The notes below the pieces were generated by a model. The model had not been told where the DNA came from, ran no database searches, and saw only the letters and a program-made list of their open reading frames with translations. A DNA stretch of 63,837 nucleotides, counting the filler, from Octopus bimaculoides (lineage: Eukaryota), in assembly GCF_001194135.2 (NCBI RefSeq). It is 5 parts of 4 records of this genome, joined end to end, with 100 filler letters (N's around TTAATTAATTAA, not from the genome) between each part and the next. Parts side by side here need not be neighbours in the genome. Positions count along the whole stretch, not along the records: positions 1 to 25,594 come from NC_068992.1; 4 more parts are not named here. One strand, written 5' to 3'. Of the stretch, positions 1 to 13,298 are shown piece by piece (position 1 is the first letter of the stretch; the number at the start of each line of letters is the position of its first letter). The translations under genes and the position numbers were made by a program.

Positions 1-75
1 TGTTAAACTTCCCCGGTGTAGTCTTTGTTAAACTTCCCCGGTGTAGTCTTTGTTAAACTTCCCCGGTGTAGTCTT
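1..75. repeat. 25-bp tandem repeat x3 (TGTTAAACTTCCCCGGTGTAGTCTT)
   Basis: Three exact units at 1-25, 26-50 and 51-75, running into (CTT)n/(ATT)n. Confidence 0.9.
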
Positions 76-87
76 CTTCTTCTTCTT

Positions 88-130
88 ATTATTATTATTA
101 TTATTATTATCATTATTATTATTATTATTA

Positions 131-197
<67 letters not shown>

Positions 198-272
198 CCA
201 GGTCACGGCTTGGAATCGAACTCAGAATTTTGGGGTTAGAAGCCCGCGCTCTTAACCACTACGCCATATACC
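88..272 (-). mobile_element. short tRNA-derived SINE with (AAT)n tail
   Basis: Reverse complement reads TGGCGTAGTGGTTAAGAGCGCGGG...GAGTTCGATTCCAAG (A and B boxes) then (AAT)n. Sister copy at 15427-15545. Confidence 0.75.
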
Positions 273-293
273 CAGGTTTGAACTTTCCCCAAG

Positions 294-337
294 ACACCTG
301 GTGAAGGCTGGGGGGTATCTCAGCCGAATCGTTGTGT
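294..337 (+). ncRNA. degenerate minimal type-I hammerhead motif (Penelope pLTR-like)
   Basis: Stem I ACAC/GTGT; core CTGGTGA (A6G); stem II GGCTG/CAGCC; GAAT (A15.1T); CGTT. Confidence 0.55.
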
Positions 338-719
338 TAACAACAAACAACATGAGGACAAATATCCGCCAAATGTAAATAATGTAAATAATGTACGTCT
401 GGTGCCTTTACACAAAACCCGGGTTCTACAGACATGGCACAGCAAGCCAAAGGAAGACGCTAGAATAAGAGAAAATACGAGAAAATGCGAGAAGAATGTA
501 AATGTAACAGGTGGAATGTTGAAAACACCAAAAAGACGAAAATGAAAAAAGAGAAAAAGAAAAGAGCCAGAGAATCTATGGTGCAGCTGTTCAATCCTGA
601 TAGGGTGGTATTTTCCAATTTCCCAAATGGGCCTTATCCATACGTTTACATCTGCTGAAAATTCCAGATCTGTGATTCAGCAGGGTGGTGGAGTTTTCGG
701 ATCTGAAAAGGATGTGAAA

Positions 720-836
720 AGGTGCATGCTTCCCAAGCAAATGCTTCTGGATTCAGTCCCACTGCGTTGCACCTTGGGCTATTGTCTTTTACCACAGTCT
801 CGGGTAGACGGAGACTGAAAGAAGCCCATCGTATAC
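720..836 (+). mobile_element. tRNA-headed SINE, 5' part with internal deletion (family A)
   Basis: GGATTCAGTCCCACTGCGTTGCACCTTGGG...GAAAGAAGCCC matches the reverse complement of the copies at 2492-2826 and 62781-63101. Confidence 0.7.
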
Positions 837-997
837 AATTGCTTCAATATTTCAGGAGTAGTCTGAAGTATCTAATCAACCAGGGGATAGTTAGACCCGA
901 AGGCACCCCTGGAGATTACTTGTGTGGGTACCGTCTTTGATAGAAGGTATCCAGAGGCAGGTAATTTATCGTTTAGATCGCAGTTTCTCCACTTAAT

Positions 998-1049
<52 letters not shown>

Positions 1050-1189
1050 CAAAGTTTNNNNNNNNNNNNNNNNNNNNNNNNNNNNNNNNNNNNNNNNNNN
1101 NNNNNNNNNNNNNNNNNNNNNNNNNNNNNNNNNNNNNNNNNNNNNNNNNNNNNNNNNNNNNNNNNNNNNNNNNNNNNNNNNNNNNNNNN

Positions 1190-1192
1190 ATA

Positions 1193-1223
<31 letters not shown>

Positions 1224-1450
1224 GTATGTGTGTGTATATGTGTTTATCCCCCACCACCGCTTGACAACCAGTAATTTCGTGTTTAATTCGCTGTAACTTA
1301 GCACATTGGCAAAAGCGATCGATATAAAAGTACCAGACTTAAAATAAAAAGTCCTGGGGTCGATTCAGTCGACTAAAACTTCTTCAAGGCGGCACCCCTG
1401 CATGGCCGTTGTGTAATGACTGATACAAATCAAAGATAAAAGATAAAAGA
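1190..1450 (+). mobile_element. SINE family A, 3' half
   Basis: CCACCACCGCTTGACAACC...CTGGGGTCGATT...GATAAAAG tail following a (TA/TG)n tract. Confidence 0.6.
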
Positions 1451-2491
1451 TGTATACATAGCAGTAGCAGTAGCAGCAGTAGAAGGATCTTAATATTTCA
1501 TTTCTTAAGAAAATATTCTATCTTTGTTTCTCTAATCCATAGATAGTAATATATCTATTATTTAAAACATCTAACTTTTTCCCAAGCCGGATGTTCCATG
1601 TAAATCTGCTATTCTTTATACTGCACACACATACATACACAGACATACACAGACATACACAGACATACACACACACAGAAACTCGTACGTACACACACTG
1701 AAAGAAATACACACCACCCATCTACCACACCTCTTCCTTCTGTCCTTTCCCATATCACATCGTGATTTAACTGCAAATGGCCAGGCACCCATGTCATAAT
1801 ACATAGACAAGAACGTACTCACATACATTCAAGCCTATACACCTATAAACGCTCTGAAAGAAGATACATTATATTTGCAAGCATCATTGACTTAGTACAA
1901 CCATTACCGCGGGAAGTTCGATTATTAAACCAATGAATTAGAAAAGAAATATACAGGAAATATCCTATTCAATGTCTTATATGAGATCATGATATACCAA
2001 ACTGTATTTGACAGTGTTTGGGAACAAAATACAATAACATCGACACGATATTCTCTTATTAAGAGAACAAAGAGTCGGTAGACGTCATTACATGATGGTG
2101 ATATCGCGCAAAAAGAAAGAAGGAAGTCTGCTACTGTCTTCATGATGTTGGATGTCTTTTATTAACTTTGTTGGCTAAAGTACAAAGAAATTTTTTATTC
2201 GCATACTTAGGAACTATTCTCTCTATGGTTGTTCAGTCCCCGGCCAGACCTGATCAGAATGACTTAGGGGTAAATGCCGCGACGATATCGTGTTTTTCCC
2301 AGCAACGTACATCCAGAGATATAAAAATTCTCCTTCTTCTCTCAAGGGGCCATGATCGTATTCGAGATAATTTATTCTTTTATTCTTTTATTCTTTTATT
2401 ATTTTATTTGTTTCAGTCATTTGAATGCAGCCATGCTGGAGCACCACTTGAGAAGAATTAGTCTAAGAAATCGATCGCAGGACTTATTTTC

Positions 2492-2826
2492 TAAGCCTAG
2501 TACTTATTTAAGACAACTACTTATTCTATCAGTCTTTCTTGCCGAACCGCAGAGTTACGGGGACGTAAACAAAGCAAAACCAAATGTGAAGCAGTGATGC
2601 TGTATAGCGGGGGACAGACACAGAAAGAAACAAGCGCATAAGCACACATACACGTGTATATTATACGACGGGCTTCTTTCAGTTTCCGTCTACCAAATCA
2701 ATTCACAAATTAGTCGGCCCGAGGCTATCGAAGAAGATACTTACCCAAGGAGTCATGCATTGGAACTGAACCCAGAATCCTGTGGTAGGGAAGCAAGCTT
2801 CTTACCGCACAGCCGCGTCTGCGCCT
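2492..2826 (-). mobile_element. SINE family A
   Basis: Colinear with 62781-63101 (GCCGAACCGC..GTTACGGGGAC, GACGGGCTTCTTTCAGTTTCCG, GGAACTGAACCC). Confidence 0.8.
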
Positions 2827-2904
2827 ATATCTCCTTACTATTTCTAACCAGTCACTCAAACTCATAAATGGAGATTTGTTGCCTTACTGCTGTATAAGAT
2901 ATTT

Positions 2905-3055
2905 AGCCCTGGGATGATGGTTGGTTAGTAGAAATCGTTAAGCACGCTGGGCAAAATGCATTGCAGTATTTTGGACATCTTTGCGCCCACAGTTCAAATT
3001 CAACCGAGGTAGACTTTGGCATTCATCGTTTCCGGGTCGGTAAACTAACTACTAG
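2905..3055 (+). mobile_element. SINE family B, diverged 5' part
   Basis: GAAATCGTTAAGCACGCTGGGC...GTTCAAATT..ACCGAGGTAGACTTTG, homologous to 23050-23268. Confidence 0.6.
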
Positions 3056-6053
3056 TTCTGCACTTGAGCCAGGGTAGTAAGACTTACGACTACCTCCGAA
3101 GTTGCTAAACTTGTGACAGAATTTAAAATTACTATTTTTAGTATTAAGCATCGTAGAAGAAGAAGAAGAAGAAGAAGAAGAAGAAGAAGAAGAAGAAGAA
3201 GAAGAAGAAGAAGAAGNNNNNNNNNNNNNNNNNNNNNNNNNNNNNNNNNNNNNNNNNNNNNNNNNNNNNNNNNNNNNNNNNNNNNNNNNNNNNNNNNNNN
3301 NNNNNNNNNNNNNNNNNNNNNNNNNNNNNNNNNNNNNNNNNNNNNNNNNNNNNNNNNNNNNNNNNNNNNNNNNNNNNNNNNNNNNNNNNNNNNNNNNNNN
3401 NNNNNNNNNNNNNNNNNNNNNNNNNNNNNNNNNNNNNNNNNNNNNNNNNNNNNNNNNNNNNNNNNNNNNNNNNNNNNNNNNNNNNNNNNNNNNNNNNNNN
3501 NNNNNNNNNNNGGGGATGAGGTGGGAGAGGGGATGAGGAGGAGGGAGGGGAGGAGAAGGGTGCTGGTGGTGATGCTAGTGCAGACGGGGGAGGAGAAGAA
3601 GAAGAATAGGAAGATGATGATGAAGAAAAGGAAGAAACAGAAGATGAAGGAGGAGAAGGAGAAGAAAAAGAAGAAAAAGAAAAAGAAGAGGAGGACGAGA
3701 CGGACGAGGTGGTCGAGGAGAAAAAGATGGAGGTGGTGGTGGTGGTGGTGTAGGTGGGGGAACGGGTGAGAAGAAGAAGAAGAAGAATGAAGAAGAAAGT
3801 CGAGAAGGAGGAGGAAGAGGAGGGGTAAAACAAAAAGAACAAGAAGGAGGAGAAAAAGGAGGAGAAAAAAGGAGGAGGAAGAGAAGTACAAAGAGAAAAG
3901 TGGAAGAGAGGAAAAGTGTTTTGGTGTTGGTGTTGATGAAGGCGATAATGATGATCCATATAGCAGGGAGTTGGCTGTTTAATTGAATGATACATTTATT
4001 TTTTAAATATCTAATCTACGAAAACTAAACAGCAACATGTACACATGCGCACATACATTCACACACACTCACACACATACATATATGTACATACATATGT
4101 GAGTGTGTGCGCATGTAGGTATGTATATAAATACATGCTCACAAACATACATAGAGATGGAGATGGACGAGAAAGATAGAACTCAATTTGCACTTTAAGT
4201 ATGTCTGAGATAGCATGCCCGTTTCTCGAAGCACTCAGGCACATGATGAGATTTCCTATGCATGATATTTTCATTACCACGCTATGTCATATTTTTCGCA
4301 TTCTCTTTTCCTTCATTTCTTTATTTCTCTTTATTTCCTTGAAACTTCCTTCAGCACGCCGACGAAAGGTGTGCCTCAATAATCAGGCAATTTTAACAAG
4401 TGTGATAGTAATTTCCGCTCAACTATCATTCTGTTTTCCTATTTTCCCCCCAACCACCCTTTCTTCCGCTATGCTATACAGATGCTAAATTACCGTATTA
4501 TAAACACATACTTAAAAGAAACATCTTATGGTCTGCCACATCTTGACTTCATAAAACACCCACTTATTTACGGTGATCGACCATTTGTAATATACACCTT
4601 TGACCTTCTTTAGTCAGTCAGTGTCGCAACTTTGACAACATCACTACATTATGACCTTATTAAAGTTGCCCTCTGCTTATCACCGTCTTTTGTTACCACT
4701 TCCTCTAGTGATATAAATATCCATAACAAAAGAAACAACAAAGGCAGTAACAGTGATGTCGTCCAATATAGTAAATTTGAAATTCATTAATTGCTTTACT
4801 TAATTAAGTTTTATTAATTGCTATGTCACATCTAAAAGCACAGCATAACCGTTAGCCATAAATCCAGCAACATAAGTCCGAGCAAAAAGATTACTCGGTT
4901 ACCGAGCTATAAATATCAGTTACGTGTTTTTCCTAAATCACATTTGAAAGGGGATAAACTGGAAAATGTAACTAACCCATGAAATATATATTAGACAACG
5001 GTCACGGCTAAAATCCGCTTTTCTTGATCCGGTATCCTATGAGTCTATCAAAAGCGTTGTATATATAACCTTGCGCAGTTCAAAGTTAACATTAATAGTA
5101 AGTGAAGATAGACATAAACGGATTGAGTCGAGTGAATTCTGATTAATTATTAAATATTCAATGAATGTTGTCATTTGATCATCGTAGTAATCAGCCAAAA
5201 GGACAGTTAAGCTAAATTTCACAGTGAAACTAAATATGTATAAATAGATATGATTCACATCTATATACCGTAGTCTCTTGAAAAGATTTTATTAATGCTA
5301 CGAAAGCAGACAGCGCTGAAAAATTAATTCCTTAATACACAACTGTTATGAAGGCTCCTTGAAGATTGTGGGCCATGAACCTTTAAGTTCCATTATTGAT
5401 CCGAGCAATATATGTGTGTACATTTAGTTATTCATAACCACACTGCATCGCTAGTTTAATAATTATTGTACTGTCATCGATTACCTTGTATATATATGTA
5501 AATGGGCAGTGGTTGTGATAGTGTTGAATTATATTTTAATTAGTGATAAAACTTAATAGTTTTGGGAAGGAGAAGAGAATGAACTCTGATGAATTATTAA
5601 TAAACAAGGGAACTACACACAACGATACTCAGAGTAATTGTTATGCGTAACTTTTTTGTTTATACTGCCTTGAAAAATTCCAAACCTTAATTCTTACTGG
5701 ATCCCCAGAGCAGGCGCAAGGAAGGGAATGAGCAACCTTTTGAACGTAAATAACGCCCGAATCGATGCAAGAGGAGGACATTTTTTTGTGTCCCTGGACG
5801 ATTGATTAAATTTACCAGGCAGACCTCGCTTCTGAGGCTCCGCTCGCTATGAAACATATGTAGTGAGGATTTTATTTAGTCTCTTCCTTAACTCTGGGAT
5901 TTTTATTCACATACCTGGCACTTTGGCCGCCTACCGTAAAATATAAAATATTGTTCTGGAAAGTTGTCTTCCTATATTTTCTACGGTTTGTTTGAAGCTC
6001 ACTTTCTTCCTACACCTCGATTCTTGGATCTTACATTGATGTGTTTGTGTGTT

Positions 6054-6127
<74 letters not shown>

Positions 6128-6902
6128 TGTGTGTGTGTGTGTGTCTCAAACAGAAAAATAAAGTCGGAGAATCAGGAGGAATTCATAGTAAGAACTCCAT
6201 CTAAGGAGCCTGCTTACATTAAAGAGAAAACAAATTTTAGTACAAAATTAACGTGATTGCACCACCTCTGAAAATCCAGCAAACACCAGCAGTCATATTA
6301 TTGTTGTGGAACGTCACGAGAAGTGAGACACAAAATACAATTTATTTTCGTGCGTTTACAGCTGTTTCATAATTTCCTTTCGTTTACGGCATCGACACTT
6401 AAGCGTTGGTAAATACACAGTATAAACATTTCGCAAACATATCTCATACATATACGCATACATGTGAAAACACGCAATTTTGTAGCTATTTGCTTATGCA
6501 TCCGAGTGAACTACCTTTGTGACTATATACAGAACATCTCGTATGATTTTTCCAGACATCTTAAAATGTATGCCTATTTGACATATAAGTGGTCTCTTAG
6601 GCACATCATTATGAAACCATAGGATTGCATCTATGCATACATAGGTACGTATATGCGTATATCAAGTGTGTGAACTGAACAGTGTGCGTACGTACCTACA
6701 AAATGGAGTAGTCTCCAGAAGCGTCACAATGTTTCTATGGCCGTTCACCTGACGTATTGATAATATAATGTTTGCGCAGTGCATAGTGATGCGAAATGGT
6801 GGTATTAGAGTTGTTCCCTGAATCAAAGCCAATGAAATGCAGAATCCTCGCGTCAGGCACCTAGTGGATTTTCAGCAGTTAAAGATTGAGAAGAAGAAGA
6901 AG

Positions 6903-6935
<33 letters not shown>

Positions 6936-6937
6936 AT

Positions 6938-6976
<39 letters not shown>

Positions 6977-7300
6977 GGGTGAGTGCGGCATATATTCCTT
7001 TATGTGCAAGCCTGAGGGTGTGTATTTGTGCTTGGTATGAGTAATAAATTCTTCATCTGCTTAAAATGCTGAATCTAAATATTATGCATTTTCATCTATT
7101 AAACAGGGTGTATTTGATCGTGTTAACCAATTGAGCAATAAGGATCCATATTTCAGGCGCCACATTATCCAAAAGCGCTATAATTAAATATTGATATAAA
7201 TGGTTTACATAAAGCTGAGTGCATAATTACAACAATTGCATACACATCAGTTTTGTGCCCTAATTCTCGGTTCACTTTTATTGCTTCGAAACACACACAC

Positions 7301-7338
<38 letters not shown>

Positions 7339-7501
7339 TCACACACACACGGGTGTGGGTGTGTGTGTGTGTGTGTGTGTGTGTGTATTGCGCCTGAAAT
7401 ATAAAGGCTTTTACAAAACGTTCTACAGCGTTAGAATCTTTCTATTTCTTTTTTATCATATATATGTTTGTCGGTGTGTGTATGTGTTTGTATGTTTGTA
7501 C

Positions 7502-7548
<47 letters not shown>

Positions 7549-9090
7549 TTATGTGTGAGTATGTATATGTATCTGATTCTGTGTGAGTATATGACATGTT
7601 GGGAAAAGCTATAACAGTAATGTTTAATTAAAGCTACAACACTAAAATCTTCGCTAATGCTTCTCGCAAACGAGATATTTCTCTTAACGAGTTGCAGAGG
7701 CTTAACTGTCAATATAATATAATGAGTAGCTTTAATTTTAGCGGAACGGACATAGTTTTCTGCTGTTTGCTCACAGTTATGCGAATGCATACACACACAG
7801 ATACATACATACATACATACATACATACATACATACATACATACATACATACACATACATGTGTAAATGTTCACGCCCGATTACAACAGACTATATTCAT
7901 TGTTGTGCATACAAACAATTCATAATAGTTATTAAACAAAAGATATGTACATTTGAAGAAACGGATGGAATTTGAGTGGATAGAAAGAACAAGCGAAATA
8001 GAATGACGATACCGATGAGGATAGCTATAAAGTATTTTAAACAAAATAATAAATAAAAAACATACGCGTTTTAAAGAATAAATATAGAAGAGAATGTGAA
8101 CGCAGGAAATGACAAAAGTACCAAGCTAGATGGGAACAACTAAATTAAATGTTGCATAAATTATTAGGAGAACCGAAAATGATAAAAAGTTTTTCGACAA
8201 CGTTCATGCAGAGTGGCTGAAGGACAATAACAATTAGATGCTAAAGCTCAACTCGATTCTTAGAAAACCTGCAGTGTCAGCGGATTGTGAATGGCTTTTC
8301 ATCGCTTGTCAGCTATTTATTATAAGTGATGTTGAATACGTACAAATGTAACCACCAAATGCTTCTCGGTGTTCTGTTTCTAAGAGGAGATTATTAAAGA
8401 ATAGATATATCGGAATACAAACAAAAGTATTATATCTAAAGATAGATACAATACCATTGTATTTATGCCTAGTTGGCAAGGTGTTGATTATTATATATGT
8501 GATAATCTTTGGTATGTTTGTATTCACGTCCTCACATAAAGAATGTATGCCAAGTTAATTTCTCTTCTTTGTTTGTGTTTCCTAGATTTAGTCGTATCTA
8601 TAGTTATTAGTTTAGGAGCATTTGTTCACAGGGCAATTTACTAAGATCTCCATTGTTGGTACTAATACTCCATAAATTCCATAGGATAAACACTGGTACC
8701 ATAAGCTTCAGATTTATAATTACCATTTCTTTTAACAGCTTTTTAGGCTTGAATTCCAGTAGTGTTGCTAACAAAAGTATACAATTACATTATTATTACT
8801 AGTAACACTTCCCTATTTGAGTCTTTTAAAATGCTGGTCTTGAGGCCTCTAATATATAGTTATAGTACTTAGTCTCTGCTTTGTGTTTTTGTTAGTCAAC
8901 CAAAAGAATAGATTATTAAATTTTCTCCATTCCATAATCAGTACTAGATCGTTTAGTCGTATTATTATCTTCGTGTGTCGTTATTGTAACTCTATAGATT
9001 TTAGGATCTTTACCAGTTACAGATTTAGTATTAATACATTCGTATTTAATTTTCCTGCATTATTGTTACGGCCTAGATATCAATGACATC

Positions 9091-9484
9091 TGGTGGCGCA
9101 ATGGCCCAGTGGTTAGGGCAGCGGACTCGCGGTCATAGGATCGCGGTTTCAATTTCCAGACCGGGCGTTATGAGTGTGTATTGAGCAGAAACACCTAAAG
9201 CTCCACAAGGCTCCGGCAGGGGAGGGGAGGGGATGGTGGCGAACCCTGCTGTACTCTTTCACCAAAACTTTCTCTCACTCTTACTTCCTGTTTCTGTTGT
9301 GCCTGTAATTCAAAGGGCCAGACTTATCACACTGTGTCACGCTGAATATCCCCGAGAGTTGCGTTAAGGGTACACGTGTCTGTGGAGTGCTCAGCCACTT
9401 GCACGTAATTTCACGAGCAGGTTTTTCCGTTGATCGGATCAACTGGAACCCTCGATGTCGTAAGCGACGGAGTGCCAACAGCAA
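9091..9484 (+). mobile_element. tRNA-headed SINE family C
   Basis: GGCGCAATGGCCCAGTGGTTAGGG head; colinear with 23693-24077 and with the decayed copy at 30003-30325. Confidence 0.85.
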
Positions 9485-10457
9485 TCGATGACTTCTACGT
9501 TAGACTCTGTAATGATTCTTGGTCGGGAGGGAGTGTCTATATTTCCGCCTCATTTTCCCGTCTCTATGGAGGGTAGTTTATATGTCGTATTTTCATTGCC
9601 TATTCATTATGTGCTGCAGCTGAGATCAACATTGCCTCTCATCCTTTACGGATTGCAATAAAATGCATTCAAGGATTCCAAAGTATATTGAGATTGTACA
9701 TGAGATGAAGTTCTGCATGGTGACTATAATCTGAGCTCATTTCCGTACAGTGGTTTGAGAATCACTTCACAGAAACTTTAATATTTGAATATTAAATAAT
9801 TTCTCTTGCGTTCGTCTAGGGACAAAAATATTCATTAATGGCTGTAATTGTGTACACGTTACATGACTTGTACATATATAATGATGTCCTGTATATCAAT
9901 GAAGATACAATGTTATCAAGATTTGAATGAAGCATACCAGAGAAATAGGGAAACGGAAATTTTATATAAACTTCTACATTTATATAGATCATGGTTATTC
10001 CATATTTGGAAAAGCGATATTATGTTCCATTAGTGCCATTAGCTATGAAAGATTAGCTTCAAAGTGTTGTGGAGAAATACCAAGCAATAATGCATTGCGA
10101 GAAACAAATTGTATTGCAAGATATAAGAGACCACTGAACAAAAGAAGGGGAAACTTGGCTGGTGTTTTGCATGTGAGATAGAGAAAAGTTTGTCAAACAT
10201 TATCCGTAGCAAACATTGTTTGTGTCAAACCTTTGAAGATTAAGAGATGAAAGAATTATAATGCAATAAAACGAGTGTGCGCAGATGTGGTTGTACGGAA
10301 GAAGCTATGGTTGTCATTGAGGAGCGTAAGAAATTCAAGAACAGAATTTAGTGTAGCCAATTTTGTTGCTAATTTCTAGTACAGTTTCGATGGAGGAGAA
10401 GTGTGTTCAAGAGGATTCCAAGCAAAACAAATACTTCATTTTATCAGGCATAAGATA

Positions 10458-11302
10458 CTAGGTCTAATCAATAAGTAACCGAACTTTTGCCATAGTAACG
10501 AAGGTAAAGCATGCAGAGTACAGCCGCTTGGCAAAGATTGATCTTAAACTCTACTGTACACGGACACTCTGTGTTAACGTTCTAGCTCATTTCTGCTGTG
10601 TACAACAGTACTTGGAAGGAAGGTGTGTAGCGTATAATCGTCGCATTGACCAAGGCAGAGTAAGTTGTCATGGCGATAACTACTCAGAAGTCAGTGCAAA
10701 GTTGCCTAAAGTGTATAGAGAGGAGTGTATGAGCCACACTCAAGTGTACGTGTCGTTTAGATGTTTCCAAGATGGCCGAAAAACGTCAATAGTGACGAAC
10801 ATTCTGGGAGACCCGCAACCAGGAGAACTGAGAAAAACATTGCAGGTGTGGGTCTGTGAGTTATCAGAGGATGTGAAGATTAGTTACGGTTCAGTTCAAT
10901 CCATCACCACTGAAGATTTGGGTATGAGGCGCGTGTCTGCTAAGTTTGTGCCAAAGCTGCTTACAGTTGACCAAGAAGACACTTGGGATTCAGTTGCTAA
11001 AAAGCTCCATGATTTTTAGCACAACGATGAAGACTTTTCGAAAATTTTGCATAGGCCACTGAAGAGGTATCGCCAAACTTTTCTCAAAATTTGATACAGA
11101 TTATGTCATGGTCAAAGCGACGATCACACGTCACACATTTTCTTTCCAAGCACTGCTGTGAAGACGGAAGTGAATTAGAACGGTAAAACTTAGTGCGCAT
11201 GCGCAGTAGAATTCAAAGTCAATCTTTGCCAAGCAGCTTCACTCCGCGTGCCTTAGCTTTGTTACTATGGAAACAGTCCAGATACTTATTGATCAGACCA
11301 CA
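10458..11302 (+). mobile_element. internally deleted mariner DNA transposon
   Basis: About 80-bp imperfect TIRs (GGTCTAATCAATAAG.../...CTTATTGATCAGACC) and TA on both sides. ORF 10528-11019 has the mariner N-terminal region with a (W/F)VPKLL motif; the DDD domain is missing. Confidence 0.88.
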
Positions 11303-12083
11303 TATGTCCTTCGTTTATTAAGATGGCCGTATTTAATTTCAAATGACTGCGTTTTCCTACCGCAATCTTCTCAAAATTCCACAAAGCAGCAATATCTGTT
11401 GGATAGTCGTTAGACATTTTGCGGTTACTTGCCTAGAACACTGAGTTGAATAAAAAGAAATATGAACACATGTGTTCCAGACACAACCATCGACTTTTGA
11501 CTTTAGGAAAGTATTATGTCTCAACGCTACTGCTATCTAGCACCTTCGGATGATCTCTACTGAACCGCTACACAACTGCTACTCGACTGCTACCCAACAC
11601 TCGACTGCAATTCAACACTCGACTGCTACTCAACAATGGACTGCTACTCAACACATCTACCACGGCCAGACTACCTCTATTTATATGTCTTGGGAGATCC
11701 TACTTCTTCGCCTGGGCGGGTCGACACAACAGAAAGTATTCAATGTGATTCTTAACTTTTAGGAAACAGTATAGGATGTAACAAAACTGAATTGCTGTTT
11801 CTAGAAGTTCATTCAACTGCATAACTGGAAGCAGTGAATCTTATTTCTTGCAGCACAATGCTTTTCTTTCTATTTCGTATGTTGTTTCTCCCTGCACAAA
11901 GCTTAAAAGCAAATTCCTTCAAAGGAATTTAGGTATCTGACGATTACATTTCTATCATTTAAAAAACAATTTAAGGGAATCAAATAAAAGCAGTGCATTA
12001 CGCTTCGGTTATTGTGAATACGAATCACCATTCGTACATTTACAATCAACTGCATGGACGCATACATTAATATGCACACACAA

Positions 12084-12157
<74 letters not shown>

Positions 12158-12164
12158 ATATATG

Positions 12165-12196
<32 letters not shown>

Positions 12197-12307
12197 CATG
12201 GCACAGTATGATTGAGAAACAGAGAATGACAGATAGATAAACAAATTNNNNNNNNNNNNNNNNNNNNNNNNNNNNNNNNNNAATACCATCTAAATATATA
12301 TACATAA

Positions 12308-12367
<60 letters not shown>

Positions 12368-12374
12368 ATATATG

Positions 12375-12406
<32 letters not shown>

Positions 12407-12792
12407 CATGGCACAGTATGATTGAGAAACAGAGAATGACAGATAGATAAACAAATTCATAATCAGATAGATAGACGGGTTGGTACATAAATGGATTGAT
12501 AGGGAAATAAATAAATAGATATATAATTTTCCATTCAATTTCGCCGTATAACCGTTCACCAGTAACTCTCTGTGCATAAAAACTACTAACATTAAAATTC
12601 GATATTCGTAAGGTCGCTACAAACAAGTGGAACCCAAATTCATTGATAAAACGTGAATGCAGTCACCCTGAAGCAACGCAAAGAGAAGGAACACATGTCA
12701 CCTCATGTTTATGACTCGAAGCTACATGTGTATCTGGGTGCTACTCTTCCTCTCTTTTCGTCTCTCTTTCCTCCTCTGTGCGTCTCTGTCTC

Positions 12793-12825
<33 letters not shown>

Positions 12826-12854
12826 GTCTCTCTGTCTCTGTATCTCTCTCTATG

Positions 12855-12914
<60 letters not shown>

Positions 12915-12973
12915 TCTCTGGACTTCTACCACAAAGGACTTTTCAATTCAATATTCACATAGTATTAGGTATA

Positions 12974-13186
12974 CAGGGTGTCCACAAAGTCTGGGTACAT
13001 GGGGATTAACACATACTTTTAAGAAATCATTATTTCTTTTAGCTAATTGTTTATGTTATGATATTATTTACTCCATGCACCCACATGGGGATTAACACAT
13101 ACTATAAGAAATTATCATTTCTTGTATTTAATTGTTTATGCTATGATTTTATTTTCTCCATGTACCTAGTCTTTGTGGACACCCTG
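12974..13186. mobile_element. Tc1/mariner-type MITE with internal tandem duplication
   Basis: TIRs CAGGGTGTCCACAAAG.../...CTTTGTGGACACCCTG, TA TSD, two approximately 85-bp internal copies starting CATGGGGATTAACACATACT. Confidence 0.85.
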
Positions 13187-13237
13187 TAGAATTATGTGAT
13201 ATACTTCCTGGTGCACCCCCATAAAGTATATGTGTGC

Positions 13238-13298
<61 letters not shown>

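Noticed and set aside
3052-3995. Long Arg/Lys/Ser/Phe-rich ORFs
   Set aside because: Translations of (GAA)n, purine-rich repeats and an N gap.
9900-10330. Possible R1-like LINE C-terminus (DHGYSIFGKA..C)
   Set aside because: Resemblance is too weak without a search.
12090-12460. Approximately 150-bp block duplicated on both sides of a short gap
   Set aside because: Identical copies flanking Ns are typical of unmerged contig overlaps.
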